From the human T2T-CHM13v2.0 reference genome, Homo sapiens: DNA of 64,000 nucleotides. The notes beneath the pieces were generated by a model that worked only from the letters and a program-made list of their open reading frames with translations, was not told where the DNA came from and did not search any database. A program made the position numbers and the translations under genes. Positions 38,471-52,248 of this stretch are shown here, one piece after another; the first letter of the stretch is position 1; each line of letters opens with the position of its first letter. The stretch lies in the NCBI RefSeq assembly GCF_009914755.1, contig NC_060938.1; one strand, 5' to 3'.

Positions 38471-41400
38471 GTACAAGATCAAGGGAGGCCAGATGGCTGG
38501 TGCCAGGTGGGTGGTGCCAGGTGGGTGTGGCCAGGTGAGTGCCTTGCCACCGATTCCCAAGATCTCTTCATTCAGATAAGGCCCTGCTATTGGGATGTGT
38601 AATTAAAGACTGCAGGTGTTCCTTAAGTGTTTCCAGAACATCCCAACCCCTAAAGCAGGTTGTGCTTGATGTGAACCTTAGCTATCAGTGGCTATTTAAG
38701 AATATTTAAAAAAATTAAAACAAAATTTATTTCCCAGGTGGTACCTGCTGGAGACTGGAACATATCAGAGGTCTTGTCATGCATGGGCTATTGCAGGAGC
38801 TGCCTGGGTCTCCACTCCTTTCTTCTAATGGGTTGGGCATCACAACTTTCTCCCTTCCTGTGGGTGGGCTGTCAGAGCTGGAGATGCCAGGCATATATAT
38901 CGTCCTTATTTGGCTTCTGTTTTTCCTCCACTGAACCCACTGGGAGAAGGGGTGGGGAAGAGGCAACCCCAGTCTACAAACCATTTTGGGAATGTGGTTA
39001 TTGAAGTGCTTCTCACAAGCAGGTGCCTTCTGGAGCTGACTGCTGTTCCAGAGCTTCTTGGCTTTGGAGAAAGTTCTGCCTGAAGACGCTGACATGATCA
39101 CTTGTTTTCTCATTCGCCCAAAGGATCTGTTCTGTTCTCAAAACTTGTATTGAAAGCTGGCATTCTTCCTTTCTAGGGACCAGGGTGTTTGCAAGTGTGT
39201 TGTTAGCTTGCTGATTATCCCTGATTGCATTTTTGTGTTTAAAAAGAACTCATTTCCTTGGGGCAGGTTTGGATCAGCACTTTTCCGCAGGAAAAAAAAT
39301 CTCTATACTGTATATGTATACAATTTGCTTTTCTCTTCTTTTTCTTTTTATATTTTGTGTGTGTTCCAGCTCCCAGTGGAATTTCTTCAGAGCAGATTGT
39401 GTGCCATTGGTTTTTTAATAGCTAAATGCAATATGTATATTTTAATAATTGTTTTTTTTTCCTACAAGGTTCAGATCATCTCCTGGCTACGGATTGATAC
39501 CCCTATCTGTAGAAGGCAAACACACATCCTAACTCATTTATTCTCCCCATACATAAATAGAGTAAATAAACTGCCGTAACAGTAACACTTGGCTGGCTTG
39601 GAACAGAGCAGTGCAAAGGTTGAGGTGAGAGAGGATGTTGCGGGAGGTAACAGAATCTACTGTTGATTACTTGGAGCCTGTTGATCCTGGTAATTGTCAT
39701 CAAGTCTAATCAATCACAAAAATGCATCACAGACTATTAGAAAATAACCGTTGCCTCCACACATAGTTAATTTTTAGAAAGTAAGCAGAAAAAGTCACCT
39801 GTAAAATGTGAAGGGAAAGGAAATCACAGCAGCTGCTAAGTGTCAAATAGATCTACACAAAACAAGATAATGTCTGCCCATTTTTCCAAAGATAATGTGG
39901 TGAAGTGGGTAGAGAGAAATGCATCCATTCTCCCCACCCAACCTCTGCTAAATTGTCCATGTCACAGTACTGAGACCAGGGGGCTTATTCCCAGCGGGCA
40001 GAATGTGCACCAAGCACCTCTTGTCTCAATTTGCAGTCTAGGCCCTGCTATTTGATGGTGTGAAGGCTTGCACCTGGCATGGAAGGTCCGTTTTGTACTT
40101 CTTGCTTTAGCAGTTCAAAGAGCAGGGAGAGCTGCGAGGGCCTCTGCAGCTTCAGATGGATGTGGTCAGCTTGTTGGAGGCGCCTTCTGTGGTCCATTAT
40201 CTCCAGCCCCCCTGTGGTGTTGCTGTTTGCTTGGCTTGTCTGGCTCTCCATGCCTTGTTGGCTCCAAAATGTCATCATGCTGCACCCCAGGAAGAATGTG
40301 CAGGCCCATCTCTTTTATGTGCTTTGGGCTATTTTGATTCCCCGTTGGGTATATTCCCTAGGTAAGACCCAGAAGACACAGGAGGTAGTTGCTTTGGGAG
40401 AGTTTGGACCTATGGGTATGAGGTAATAGACACAGTATCTTCTCTTTCATTTGGTGAGACTGTTAGCTCTGGCCGCGGACTGAATTCCACACAGCTCACT
40501 TGGGAAAACTTTATTCCAAAACATAGTCACATTGAACATTGTGGAGAATGAGGGACAGAGAAGAGGCCCTAGATTTGTACATCTGGGTGTTATGTCTATA
40601 AATAGAATGCTTTGGTGGTCAACTGGACTTGTTCATGTTGACATTTAGTCTTGCCTTTTCGGTGGTGATTTAAAAATTATGTATATCTTGTTTGGAATAT
40701 AGTGGAGCTATGGTGTGGCATTTTCATCTGGCTTTTTGTTTAGCTCAGCCCGTCCTGTTATGGGCAGCCTTGAAGCTCAGTAGCTAATGAAGAGGTATCC
40801 TCACTCCCTCCAGAGAGCGGTCCCCTCACGGCTCATTGAGAGTTTGTCAGCACCTTGAAATGAGTTTAAACTTGTTTATTTTTAAAACATTCTTGGTTAT
40901 GAATGTGCCTATATTGAATTACTGAACAACCTTATGGTTGTGAAGAATTGATTTGGTGCTAAGGTGTATAAATTTCAGGACCAGTGTCTCTGAAGAGTTC
41001 ATTTAGCATGAAGTCAGCCTGTGGCAGGTTGGGTGGAGCCAGGGAACAATGGAGAAGCTTTCATGGGTGGATCTCTACTCCAAATCTACCTATGTCACAT
41101 ATCACTCATGCCATCACATTTTACGTTGATTCAGTAGAGGGAAAAGGTTCTAGTCTACTGACAAAGAAAAAGTTGATTACTTGTCTTCTGTCTTCTCCTG
41201 TGGACTTGAGTGGGTGCCCAGACCAGAAGCGGTTTGTCTCGATACTTAGCTGTTATGTTTTCAAGTGTTGGAATCCTCTAGTGAAGTGTCGTGGTGGGTG
41301 TTGGTGATAGGGACCACAGCCTTATTATAAGCACACCGTTGTGTGGTCCTCAGTAGTGACTAGCCACCGCCCCCCGCCCCCCCCCCCCCCCCCACCACCC

Positions 41401-44025
41401 GCCACCTCCTGTTGTCTGAAGCTCAGATCCTACTCAGGTCAGTTTGACTGATGGCTCAACACCACTGTGTGGCCTTCGCATGCCTTCCTGAAAGTGAATT
41501 TCAATTTCTTTTTTTTTTTATTGAGAATTTATGACTCTTGCCCCATCTCTCAAAGCCAAGACTAGGATGGAATGGCATATACCAAGAGGAGGCTGCTTAT
41601 CCCTGAGCATTTACTGAGGTCCAGAGACATCAGATACTGTAGTGAAGGGACCAGTGGTTGCCTCAGTTGGATCCTCCTGTTTTGGGCACTTGTGTAAGAA
41701 CCCGGTCATTTCCTCTCCCTCTCCACAGTGCACATGCTGCTTGAATTATAACATGGCATTGTTCCCAATCTGTGTCAGCTCTGAATGGCTTTGAGAAGGG
41801 GTGGGTGTCCTGCAGGGAAGTGGAGCATAATCAGAGAGTAAAGGATTACTCCTTTCTAAGTCTTCCCTGGTTTGGGAAGGAGAGAACAGAAGCAGGGCCT
41901 TAAAATGTACACAAAGGAGGGACTGCTGCTTCTGAGACTTGATTCCCCACCCAGCATTCAGGTTTTCCATGGGACCAGCCTGACTCTCCACCAGCCCAGC
42001 CAGCAGGGGCTGTCACTAAACGGAGCCTGAATAGGGGTCTGATTGCTCCTTTTTCCTCCTTTCCTCCTGATTACCAAGTGAGATTTCCTGGGTATACTGT
42101 ATGCTAAATGGCAGAGCAGCCGCCTGCCACTTGCTTCAATTATCCCTCTTTTAACTGCTGAGGGAAAAGCAATTTTTTAAAATCTCCCCCCTCCCCTAAC
42201 ATCTCTGCCTCCTTTAATGAAATAAGACCCTTCTTCCATGTTCCCCCTTCAATGAGGTGAAAGCAGCCTTCTCCTTTTGCAGAAACCGCCCACCAGCTGC
42301 AGGCTGCAAAGAGGGTGGGCAGTGGATAATGCTTTGGTCCAAATTCAGCAAGGCTGAGGGTCAGGCAGACATTTTGCCAGGAGCCTCAGAGTAGCACGTG
42401 AACTTGCATTTGCATTTGGTAATGAGATACCACAGGACCGATGCCGGGGGCTAATTATTTTCAAGACCCCTATCTCCATTTGCAGGCTGCTCCAGAAAGA
42501 TGGTTTCCAGTTTCTGGGGCAGCTGTCCTTCAGCTGGGTCCTCTTTCTCCTTCACAGGGCAGATGAGGTGGGGTGTGTGTTGCAGGCTGCACTTGGGGGA
42601 TGGGACTACCATGACCCCCTTTACTTGCAGTCACTGGCTCCACAGTATGGGTCCATCACAGTGAGGCCCCAGAGGCAGAGCTAGAGTAAGGGAGGCTTTA
42701 GGGCAGGGCTCCAAAGGTCGAGTGCCCTTCCTTACACAAAATAATAATGATATTATTACCATTGCTCTTATTAAATACCACCCTGCGCCTGACATTCTAG
42801 GTGCTTTTTATATTCATTGGCTCATCTATTTCTCACAAAACTCCTATGAAGTTAATACCATTAGCTCCATTTTACGGATGAGGAAACCGAGGAACCGAGA
42901 AATTGGGAACTTGAACCCCCCGTTTGGCATAGTGGATAAGAGTATGGCTGCTGGAGGGAAAATGATCCGGACTTAAATTTGGGCTTGTCTACTTACATGT
43001 TGTATGGCTCTGGAGAAGGTTTTTGAAGCTTCAGTATCTTCTTTAGTAACAATGATAGCTAATAATCACAGAGCACTGGCTCCAGGCTCACACTGTCTTA
43101 GGTGCTTTTCATGCACTAGCTCTTGAAACCCTCGCAACCACTCTTGACATGCGATTATGATTCTCATTTTTTTGGATAAGGAAGCTCGGGGCAAGAGGTT
43201 AAATAACTTGCCCAAGATTGTGCAGGTATTAAGAGGCAGAGCTGCAATTTGTGTCTAGACAGTCTGGCTTCAGAGCCTACACTGTCAACCACCATGCTAT
43301 CTTGACTCTCAGTGAAACAGGAATCATAAAAAATCGTACATCATGGAGTTGTTGAAAGGATTTAATGAGATAAAACATGAAGTTATCTGCCTAGACTCCA
43401 GGAAAGAGCAAGTTCTGACTCTGGGCTATTGGTTTCCTGGCCTGTGTAAGAACAAACTGCACATCAATTTGGTTTCACAGGAGATTTGATGCTTCCTTTT
43501 GAGCGACCCCTACCTCCACCAGTTTCCCTTATCCCAGTCTGAAAGGTGGTAGAGATAAAAGGAGGGGAATTTTGGAAGTGTACAGAATCCAATTTCATTC
43601 CATTTGCTCCTGCCCAAGAGCATGGGGCTGCTGACAATGGTTATGACTGCGGGATGGGATTCAGGGCTCTGCCGGCAAACGTGTGGTGTTCTGGCCTCAG
43701 CAGCCACCCAGTGAGGCAGGTAGGGCAGGCCTTAGCATCCCACTGAATAGATGAGACCCAGACCCTGAACGTGTCATGGGTGCAAGGGTATGAGGGCAAG
43801 TGTGGGTGCTGCCTTTGGGCAGCCATCTCTAGGACCTGAGAGCCCAGGCCCTCAATGTGGCATTTTACCTCTGCTTCTGGGCTCCCTCAATAAACTCAAA
43901 TGGCCTGTGTCTCTGTCGTGAGATGGAGCATTGCCTCCCTGGATGCGGATGATAAGCAAAATGTCAAGTTCCTGGTGCAGGAGGTTATCAGCTTGGCCTG
44001 TCCCAGGGGCTTTGTTCCTTCTAGC

Positions 44026-44026
44026 C

Positions 44027-44052
<26 letters not shown>
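44026..44052. repeat. (AG)n microsatellite
   Basis: Direct reading. Confidence 0.9.
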
Positions 44053-44057
<5 letters not shown>

Positions 44058-46443
44058 ATAGGAAAGAAAATGAAAATGAATGAATATGAGTATAGTATTC
44101 AATTCCCAGCCTCAAAACTCTGGTTTTAGTGAAGTGACTGGGATTGGACCCAAGGCTCCGGAGGTAGTTGGAGCACAGGTGCACCACACCGGAGCTTCGC
44201 TGGACAGGATGACCTCTTCAAACTTACCTTTGGTTTCCCAGGTACCAGGCAATGCCCATTACCTCACTCAGGGTTGGTGGTGAGAGTTGGAGCTCCTGGA
44301 TTCCTCTGTCAAACTCCTCCTAACTTTCCTGCCTTCAGCTTCTCTCTGCATGTAAAAAAAAACAATCTTTCTCTGTTTCTTCTTGTCTATTCCTTTGTGT
44401 GTGTGAGAGGGGGAGATGATTACAGAGGTGGATTTACCATGAAACTAAGCCTTTCGTACATTCTCAGTTGCACGGGTCCCTTCTAAGTCTCCACACCTAA
44501 TTTTGTATTTGCAATTTCTTTTTCTTAAGGACTCCCAAATATCATAAGCAACAGGTCCCACCTCTGTGGATCCGCCTCTGTTAACACAACTTGTTGCTGT
44601 CCGTGACAGCAATGTTGCTCTGGGTGTATGTGTGATTTCATTTTTTTCTTCTAACCAGTGACCATTCATCACAGACACATTTTCTACTTCATAACCACCA
44701 TAGGTGGAAGAATCAGAGCTAGGGAGTACAGGAGGGTGCAGGGAATATAGGAATGTCATTTGGGAAGGTGTGGTGGGAAGAGGAGATGTCTAGGATATCC
44801 ACTGGGAAAAGGGAGGAAATGTTTGGAAATATTTGCAGTAGATTTAGAGGAACAAGGTGGTATTTAGACAGAGGGATCACTCTAGTCATCCTCCTGAGGG
44901 TTTTTTCCCTGCTGAAGTTGGGAGGTTTAGTTTGCTGTGGCTCACAAGGTAAGGGGGAGTGGGGGGTTTGCTGGGAACTGTGTTGCAGGTATCAGGCTGT
45001 GGCTGGCAGAGGAGGACAAAGTATGGCTCTGCAGGCCTGTCTCCCTGGTCTATATGGGAACTGACATTGCCAGTGGGTTGTCATTATTGCTGTTGTTCTC
45101 CAGAAATTGATGTCTTTGAGTGATCTATTTAAAAACAATACGGGACTCCCTTTAAATGTGTCATCGTCTATATCCGCTCTCAAACCTTGACTGTGGCCAC
45201 AATGTTCCTAAATAATGTATTTTCCAAAGTTTTTTTCTAAATCCTGGAACTGGTACCAGTAGCTTTTAAAAGCAAGCTGACCTCATAGTCATCCAGAGAA
45301 ACTACCCAGTTGCACTCTGTGACAAAACTTACTTTGCATCTAGTCCTAGAAATTGTGAACTCTTTGGCTCTTTGGGGGAAAAACAGTGCACCATCCAAAG
45401 GTATGCAAGGGCATAAAGAAGGTAAAGATGAAAGAGAGGGAGGGACAAGAACTGTAGGCAATGTAAAGCTCCTGGCTCAAGTTTTCTGGCTGTGAAATGC
45501 ATATAGGATCCTTTTGGTTTTACTGAGAGCCTTATTTAAGTACGGTGTCTTTGTAGCTAAGAAAATGACTCTGGGGAGTTTTCCTTTAAGTTTCTCGATG
45601 AGATGCTATTCATCCGATCCTCTCCTGACACTTTTGCCTCTGATCTGCTAGCTTGGTTCTCTTGAAGTTGTTCTGTTTGCCCGTGTGAAGTCCTTAGAAG
45701 ACGGAGTCCCAACAGTCCTGTGGTTGATTGCTGGTAATGTAGGACTGGTGTCTCCACTGTAGCAAGCAGTACATTTCAGGCAATTCTGCAATCTCTCCTC
45801 CAGGTATGATTGGAAATGTGTTGCCTGCAGCTCTTGGAGAATAGAAAAAGTACAGTGAGAGTGTGTACAGCTTATTTACTTAATAGGTTGCTTTCAAATA
45901 GAAAGGAGTACCCACTTGCGAGGAGGGATACGCTGGAAAGCAAAGCTGAGATCACTTCTTTGTGATCCACATCATGGGGAAAGGGCTGGACAGGCTGGGA
46001 GTTTACCACACACTCAGTTTCTTCCTTCCTCCTCATTCTCTCAGGCTTCTTTTCTTTCCAGACGGGGCCCTGTATCTTGCATGGTTAGCCTTGAGAGTTA
46101 AGAGAATGGGAAAGAGTGGGCTTGAAGGGCACTGAGCTCTGACCTGTGGAATCCTTGAAAGACAAATCCTCCCACAGTATGTTTGCTCTGTCTGGGCCAG
46201 AAAAGACAAGGCTGGAGTTTAGGCAGAGGTGTTGTACAATCACATGATGTGCTTTGACTCACGGCTTAGTTTTAAGGAAACACACTGAAATTTGGGGAGA
46301 TTCTGGTGTTGCAGGAGAAGTCTGTGAAGGATGAAGTGTGGATCATGTGGCCCTGTTAGAGGATGCTAAGACATTTATTATAATGTATTACTTTCTAGCT
46401 GTGACTTTGCCCTAGGTAATGTACTGGAAACCAAGGTACATTA

Positions 46444-46779
<336 letters not shown>

Positions 46780-47466
46780 TTAAAGGGGACTTCAAAAGTC
46801 ATTGGATCTAAGTACTCATTTCTCATCCTCCTCTGCACTATATAAAATGAGCCTCCCCGTGCCCCGCCCCCCCGCCCAAAGAAAACCTGCTAGCCATCTG
46901 CAATAATGGGAGCTTGGTGCTTTTCAAGGCAGCCTAATGTATCTCTGGTCAATACTGAGTATCAGGGAGCTCTTCTTTATATCAGCCCCAGCCACTTTCT
47001 CATTGGTCCTCATTCTATTTAAAGTAATCTGACCTTTGTAATGGGCCATGTGGGTGAAGAAGATGGGTGGGTTGATTCTAACAGTTCTGAATGATGCTTC
47101 GCAGGAATTAACCCTTGTGCCAAGGTAAAATTCTTAAGGGATTCTCTAATATGGTGCTAGCAGTACACATACCACTGAGTTATTTAGAATTAACTGCTTA
47201 TGATTAATCTTAAACAGTGTGGGAGGGCTTGATGTGGGAAGAGATTTGATGTAAGCAGGTGACTCATACTCCAGTCATTTTGCTTCTGGGGAGCTTGCAC
47301 TGTGAAAGATTCATGGTTAGCCCTATCTCTGGCTCTTTTGTCAGTGCCTCATTTTATCAACCTGTGATGTCCCATCTTCCCCCATACCCAACTAGGTTTT
47401 TAGCGTCTCTGAATTTCCAAGGAGCTTCCTGGAAATCCTGAATTTCTCTGCGACAAAAACATGGGG

Positions 47467-47760
47467 GCTGGGGACGGTGGCTCATGCCTGTAATCCCAGC
47501 ACTTTGGGAGGCCGAGGCAGGCAGATCACGAGGTCAGGACATCGAAATCATCCTGGCCAACATGGTGAAACCCCATCTCTACTAAAAATACAAAAATTAG
47601 CTGAGTGTGGTGGCAGGCACCTGTAATCCCAGCTACCTGGGAGGCTGAGGCAGGAGAATCATTTGAACCCAGAGGTGGAGGTTGCAGTGAGCCGAGATCA
47701 CGCCACTGCACTCCAGCCTGGGTGACAGAGTGAGACTCCATCTCCAAAAAAAAAAAAAAA
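47467..47760 (+). mobile_element. Alu (S-type)
   Basis: Full sense Alu. Confidence 0.9.
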
Positions 47761-48925
47761 GATTGGAAGTTCTGGAATACATTGGAGAAGATGAAAAGGA
47801 GATTGGATTAGACTTGCCTAACAAGCCCATCATGGTAGCCAGAGTCAGACACACCAACAGAAATAAAGATTTCGCTAAAAGGCCTAGTAGTATTTTTTTT
47901 CTTTTCTTTTCTTTCTTTTCTTTTTTTTAAAAGATAAGGACATGACATGAAGCAGTATTGAGTAGCTGCTCCTGGAGACAGGCCTTGGAAGCACATTCCC
48001 TGTGCGAAAATGCTTCTTACTCTGCCAGGTTGCTCTGGGTATCTCATGTTTTTGGCACTGTTGGGCAGAAGTCTCCCAGGGAAAGGGCTTAGGCAGGGCT
48101 GGAAGATCTTGCTCTCACATTGGCATAGACTGGAAGCCTGCCAAGCAAATTCGCTCCTGCACCCTAAAGGGGATGAGGCTAGTCTTGGCCGTCAGCCATC
48201 TCCCCATTGACAGTCATTTACCTGACACAGCAGCAGAAAAAAAAAAAAAAAAAAAGGAACCCGTCTCATCATTTTGTGGTTTAAAATAGTTTACTTTTAA
48301 GAGCAAAGCCCACAGACATCATTTTGAGTCCAAGCACTGAAATGGAATGAGAGTCACCAACTCGTCTGTGGTTTCATTGTGCAGCCAGGCCTCGGACCAC
48401 ACGCATGTGCTGGGAAGTGGGCGTGACCACCTCACACCATCATGTGGTCATTGCCACGTGGGCAGAGGATGGTTGGGTTTTAGTTGCTGTGGAAACTTTG
48501 CTATTTGCTCTTCCTGATGTTGAGTTTTCAGCCTTGTGTTAACACAGATTGGGGCTATTTTTTCCTCGTGTAGAATATATAACCAGTGGCTACATTTTAA
48601 TGTGTCTCTTGGCTCCCTTTGGCTTTTCTATCCTTAATGCAAGTTGCGATTGCTCAACTGGGTTTCCTGATTCCTGTGGCAGGAGTATGTGAGGAGGTAT
48701 TCTCTTTAGGAACTGTAAGACGTGAAACCAAGGGTGGAGGACTCTGTTTCCCTTAGTTAATGCACTTACAGGCTTGTTTGCTAAATGTCATGTCTCTGAC
48801 AAAAAGCAGGTACTCAATAAATGTTTGTTGCCTTAATCACATTGTGTGTATATGCAGGTTTTATATGTGCACATATGTGTCTGTATTCATATATGTGTGT
48901 GCCTGTGCTCCCTAATGTGTGGTGG

Positions 48926-49781
48926 ATGGATGCAGGTTCCCAGGAATATGAGCTCAAGTATATCTGTTGAATAAATTAATCAATGAAGTCAGGTCCAATC
49001 GGACCACACTGGCCACTGTTGGAAACACCTTCTTTCTTTTAATGGGAAAAGTGTCAGTTTTATTGTGGGACAGTTTTTGTTGAATCTGTGTCAAGCACAT
49101 ACACATTCCGCTTGGTTTGATCTAGTTGAGGATGAACTAGAAATACTTTTTTTTTTGGTTTGTTTACAAACCAATGATTTCCTATAACAATTATAGGCAG
49201 TAGCCAGCCTGGGACCATGTCAATGCAGTGGAATGGCTGTTTGAGGCAGGCACGTTGTTGTCACTGGAGATGGAGAGGCCCCACTCGCTCATGTGGATTC
49301 CCTGGGGAAGATGGAGCTCACTAGAGACAGGATAATTATCCTCAGATATTGGAAGTGCTGCCATGCAAAGGAGGATGATGATACACTGGCAGGAAAGCCG
49401 AAGGAATCCGAGCCACAGAGGAAGAATTCTCTGTTGGTTAGAGGTGTTGGACCACAGAACGCACAACTTTGGCAAGCTCTGTTCCCAAAAGGGGCACAGC
49501 AGGTGCTTTCGTGAAGCTATCAGGAGCATGTGCCAGCATGTGCATGCCTTCAATCCAAGGACTCTGTGGTTTTGGGGTCTTGGTAGCCAGGCCCACCCTC
49601 ATGTTTGATTATGCACATCATGCACCCCCTTTTAGGGGGTGAAAAAGATTATTCTCTAGATCAGTGGCCTCCAAATAGGGCACAGGCCAAGACCATTCTT
49701 TGGGGATGCAGGACCTGACTTCATTGATTAATTTGTTCAACAGATGACATTGAGCTCATATTCCTAGGAACCTGCATCCAT
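48926..49781. repeat. Dispersed 71-bp inverted repeat (arms 48926-48996 and 49711-49781)
   Basis: 65/71 identity between arm 1 and the reverse complement of arm 2 (manual alignment). Confidence 0.9.
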
Positions 49782-49920
49782 GCAACACACGTAAGTTAAC
49801 AATGCATTGATAACTCATATGCAAGTTTTTAAATAAGTAAATATACATCTGTTATGAGAGCGTAGTAAATTTTTCTTTCTCATGGGGAATTTGTTCAGAG
49901 AGGGTGGGAGGCCACTGATC
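49659..49920. mobile_element. Small hAT-type MITE with 14-bp terminal inverted repeats
   Basis: gatcagtggcctcc (49659-49672) / ggaggccactgatc (49907-49920); tctaga target-like flank. Confidence 0.55.
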
Positions 49921-51917
49921 AACACTCAAATCTACCTTTATCTCTCTTTAATTAGTTATAGTTACTCCTGACTGCCTGTAGCAATCCCTTATCCCCAGGG
50001 CTTGCAGCTTTCAGGATCAGGTGATACCTAAGGCATTCCTGCTGCCAGTGGTGTATGTGTTGGGCTCCTTACTTCTGCCTTCAGTTCTGCCTGTGGTGGT
50101 CTTGATTGACCTGCCAGGTGGCTCTGAGGGCTTCATGGGGAGATACTCCAGTTACAGTTCCTTCTTCAGAGGCCTCACTCTGTTCAGGATTACTAACGCT
50201 ATCATTTTTGGTATGAAAACCATGGTATGAACATTTGTTGGGGCAACTTCGTTTTGTGTAAGAGAGCAAAGTCTCTGAACTATCTCCAAGCTTTTGCAAA
50301 GCAATCCTTGAAGTATAATCATCTACTTGTTGGAACAGGCCATCTCTTTATTGGAATAAGTTTATTCACCTGACATTCACTACATGGATATCTGTAATGT
50401 ACCAGTGTGATCCCTGCCCTTAAGGGGCTTATGGTCTAGTTGGGAAGCTTGTCAGGCAAAGAAGTATATAGCACATATCAGAGTTGCTCTAATAGCAGGT
50501 AGAATGTTTGTAAAGCAGCTTAAAAGGGAGTATGTTACCATACCTGGGTGTGGGCGCGTGCCTGTGCACTTGAAGTGAGAGTTAGGGATTGGAGGAAACT
50601 TTGCAGAGCAAATTCTTGGGCAGGACATGGAAGCATTAATTGGGAGACTGGGAGGAAAGGACATCAGGGCAGCTCTATGAGAGAGCAGCTTGCTGTTTCC
50701 AGCTGTTTGCGGTAGTCAATGTGGTTGGACCAAAGAATTGAGGCCAATGGGATAGTAACGAGAGGATGAGTTAGGGAGGGAATGTCTTAACTGCTTTGTA
50801 GGGATTTTGGACATTATTTTTTCCACAACCGGGAACCATTGGAAGTTTTTCAGTTGAATTGTGACACAGTCAGATTTGAATTTTAGAAAGATGACTCTAG
50901 GGCCAGTTTGTACAATGGATTGATGATAGGAAGGCTTAAGGAGGGAAGCTAGATAGAAGCTATTGTACGGTTTTGGTGAGAGAGGAGTCTGTATTAAGGG
51001 GTGGGTAGTGATGGAAGAAGGGCTGATTGCAGAGATATCAAGGAGAGGAACTTAATAATTAGGTATTAATTTTAGTTTTGGAATCAGATTGCCTGTCACA
51101 TACTAAACTGCAAATTTGGGCAAATAATCTCACTTCTCTGTGTTTCCATTTTGCCATCTGTGAAATGGGGATTATAATAGTGTGTACCATTTAGGACTAT
51201 TATGAGGTTTAAATGAGATAGTGCACGTAGAGTGCTCAGGACAATGCTTGGCACATAGTAAACCCTTAGTGAATGTTAGCCATTATTGTAATTGAAAAGA
51301 GAAAGACAGAGCTTCAATAATATGCCCTTCTGGTTGTAGGAATGTAGAACAGGAAAGCCATTGTGAGGAGCAGGTTTGGGGTGAAGATGAGAGAGGAGTA
51401 AAAATAGATTTTGATTTGGCCGTTATCCTGCCTTCCTTGCAGATCCTATAGGACCCTTGTCGGGAGATGTACAGGGGCAGGTGGGGGCAATGGTTGGCAT
51501 TGGCGGGGGGAGGATGGGGGCTGCCACAAGTTTCAGGGTGGTTGTTGTGGTGGGAAAGACTTGGATGTGGATGAGGCTGCCTAGGGAAGGAATGTGGTTT
51601 AGAGGAAAAGGAGCCTAAATGTAGAAACTTTGGGAACTGTAATATTTAGGATCGTGGGGGAAAGGAATCCATAAGATAGACTATAGCAGATACCCAGACA
51701 TGTAGAAGGAAACTAGGAGTGAAAGAAAATTCTTTAAAATTCTTCACTGGTGAATAAATGAAAGAGTGTACCTTCTTAACCTTCTTGAAGTTGGGGCTTG
51801 CAGTTGAAAATTACAATAAAATGATGAAGAATTGCATTGTTTAGTTTCAAAAACTATTCATGTTGGTTTTTCTTCTACCTTCAATGTAGTGAGGTCTGTT
51901 CATTTAAGAACATTCCT

Positions 51918-52248
<331 letters not shown>

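Noticed and set aside
40847-40868. REST/RE1-like TCAGCACC
   Set aside because: Only the left half-site; the GGACAG half is missing (likewise near 35699)
43380-43520. Possible small-RNA (Y/7SK/vault) pseudogene
   Set aside because: No convincing match to the sequences I can recall
38084-46269. 13-mer actcacggcttag occurring twice (about 38084 and 46257)
   Set aside because: 13-mer matches are expected by chance in 64 kb
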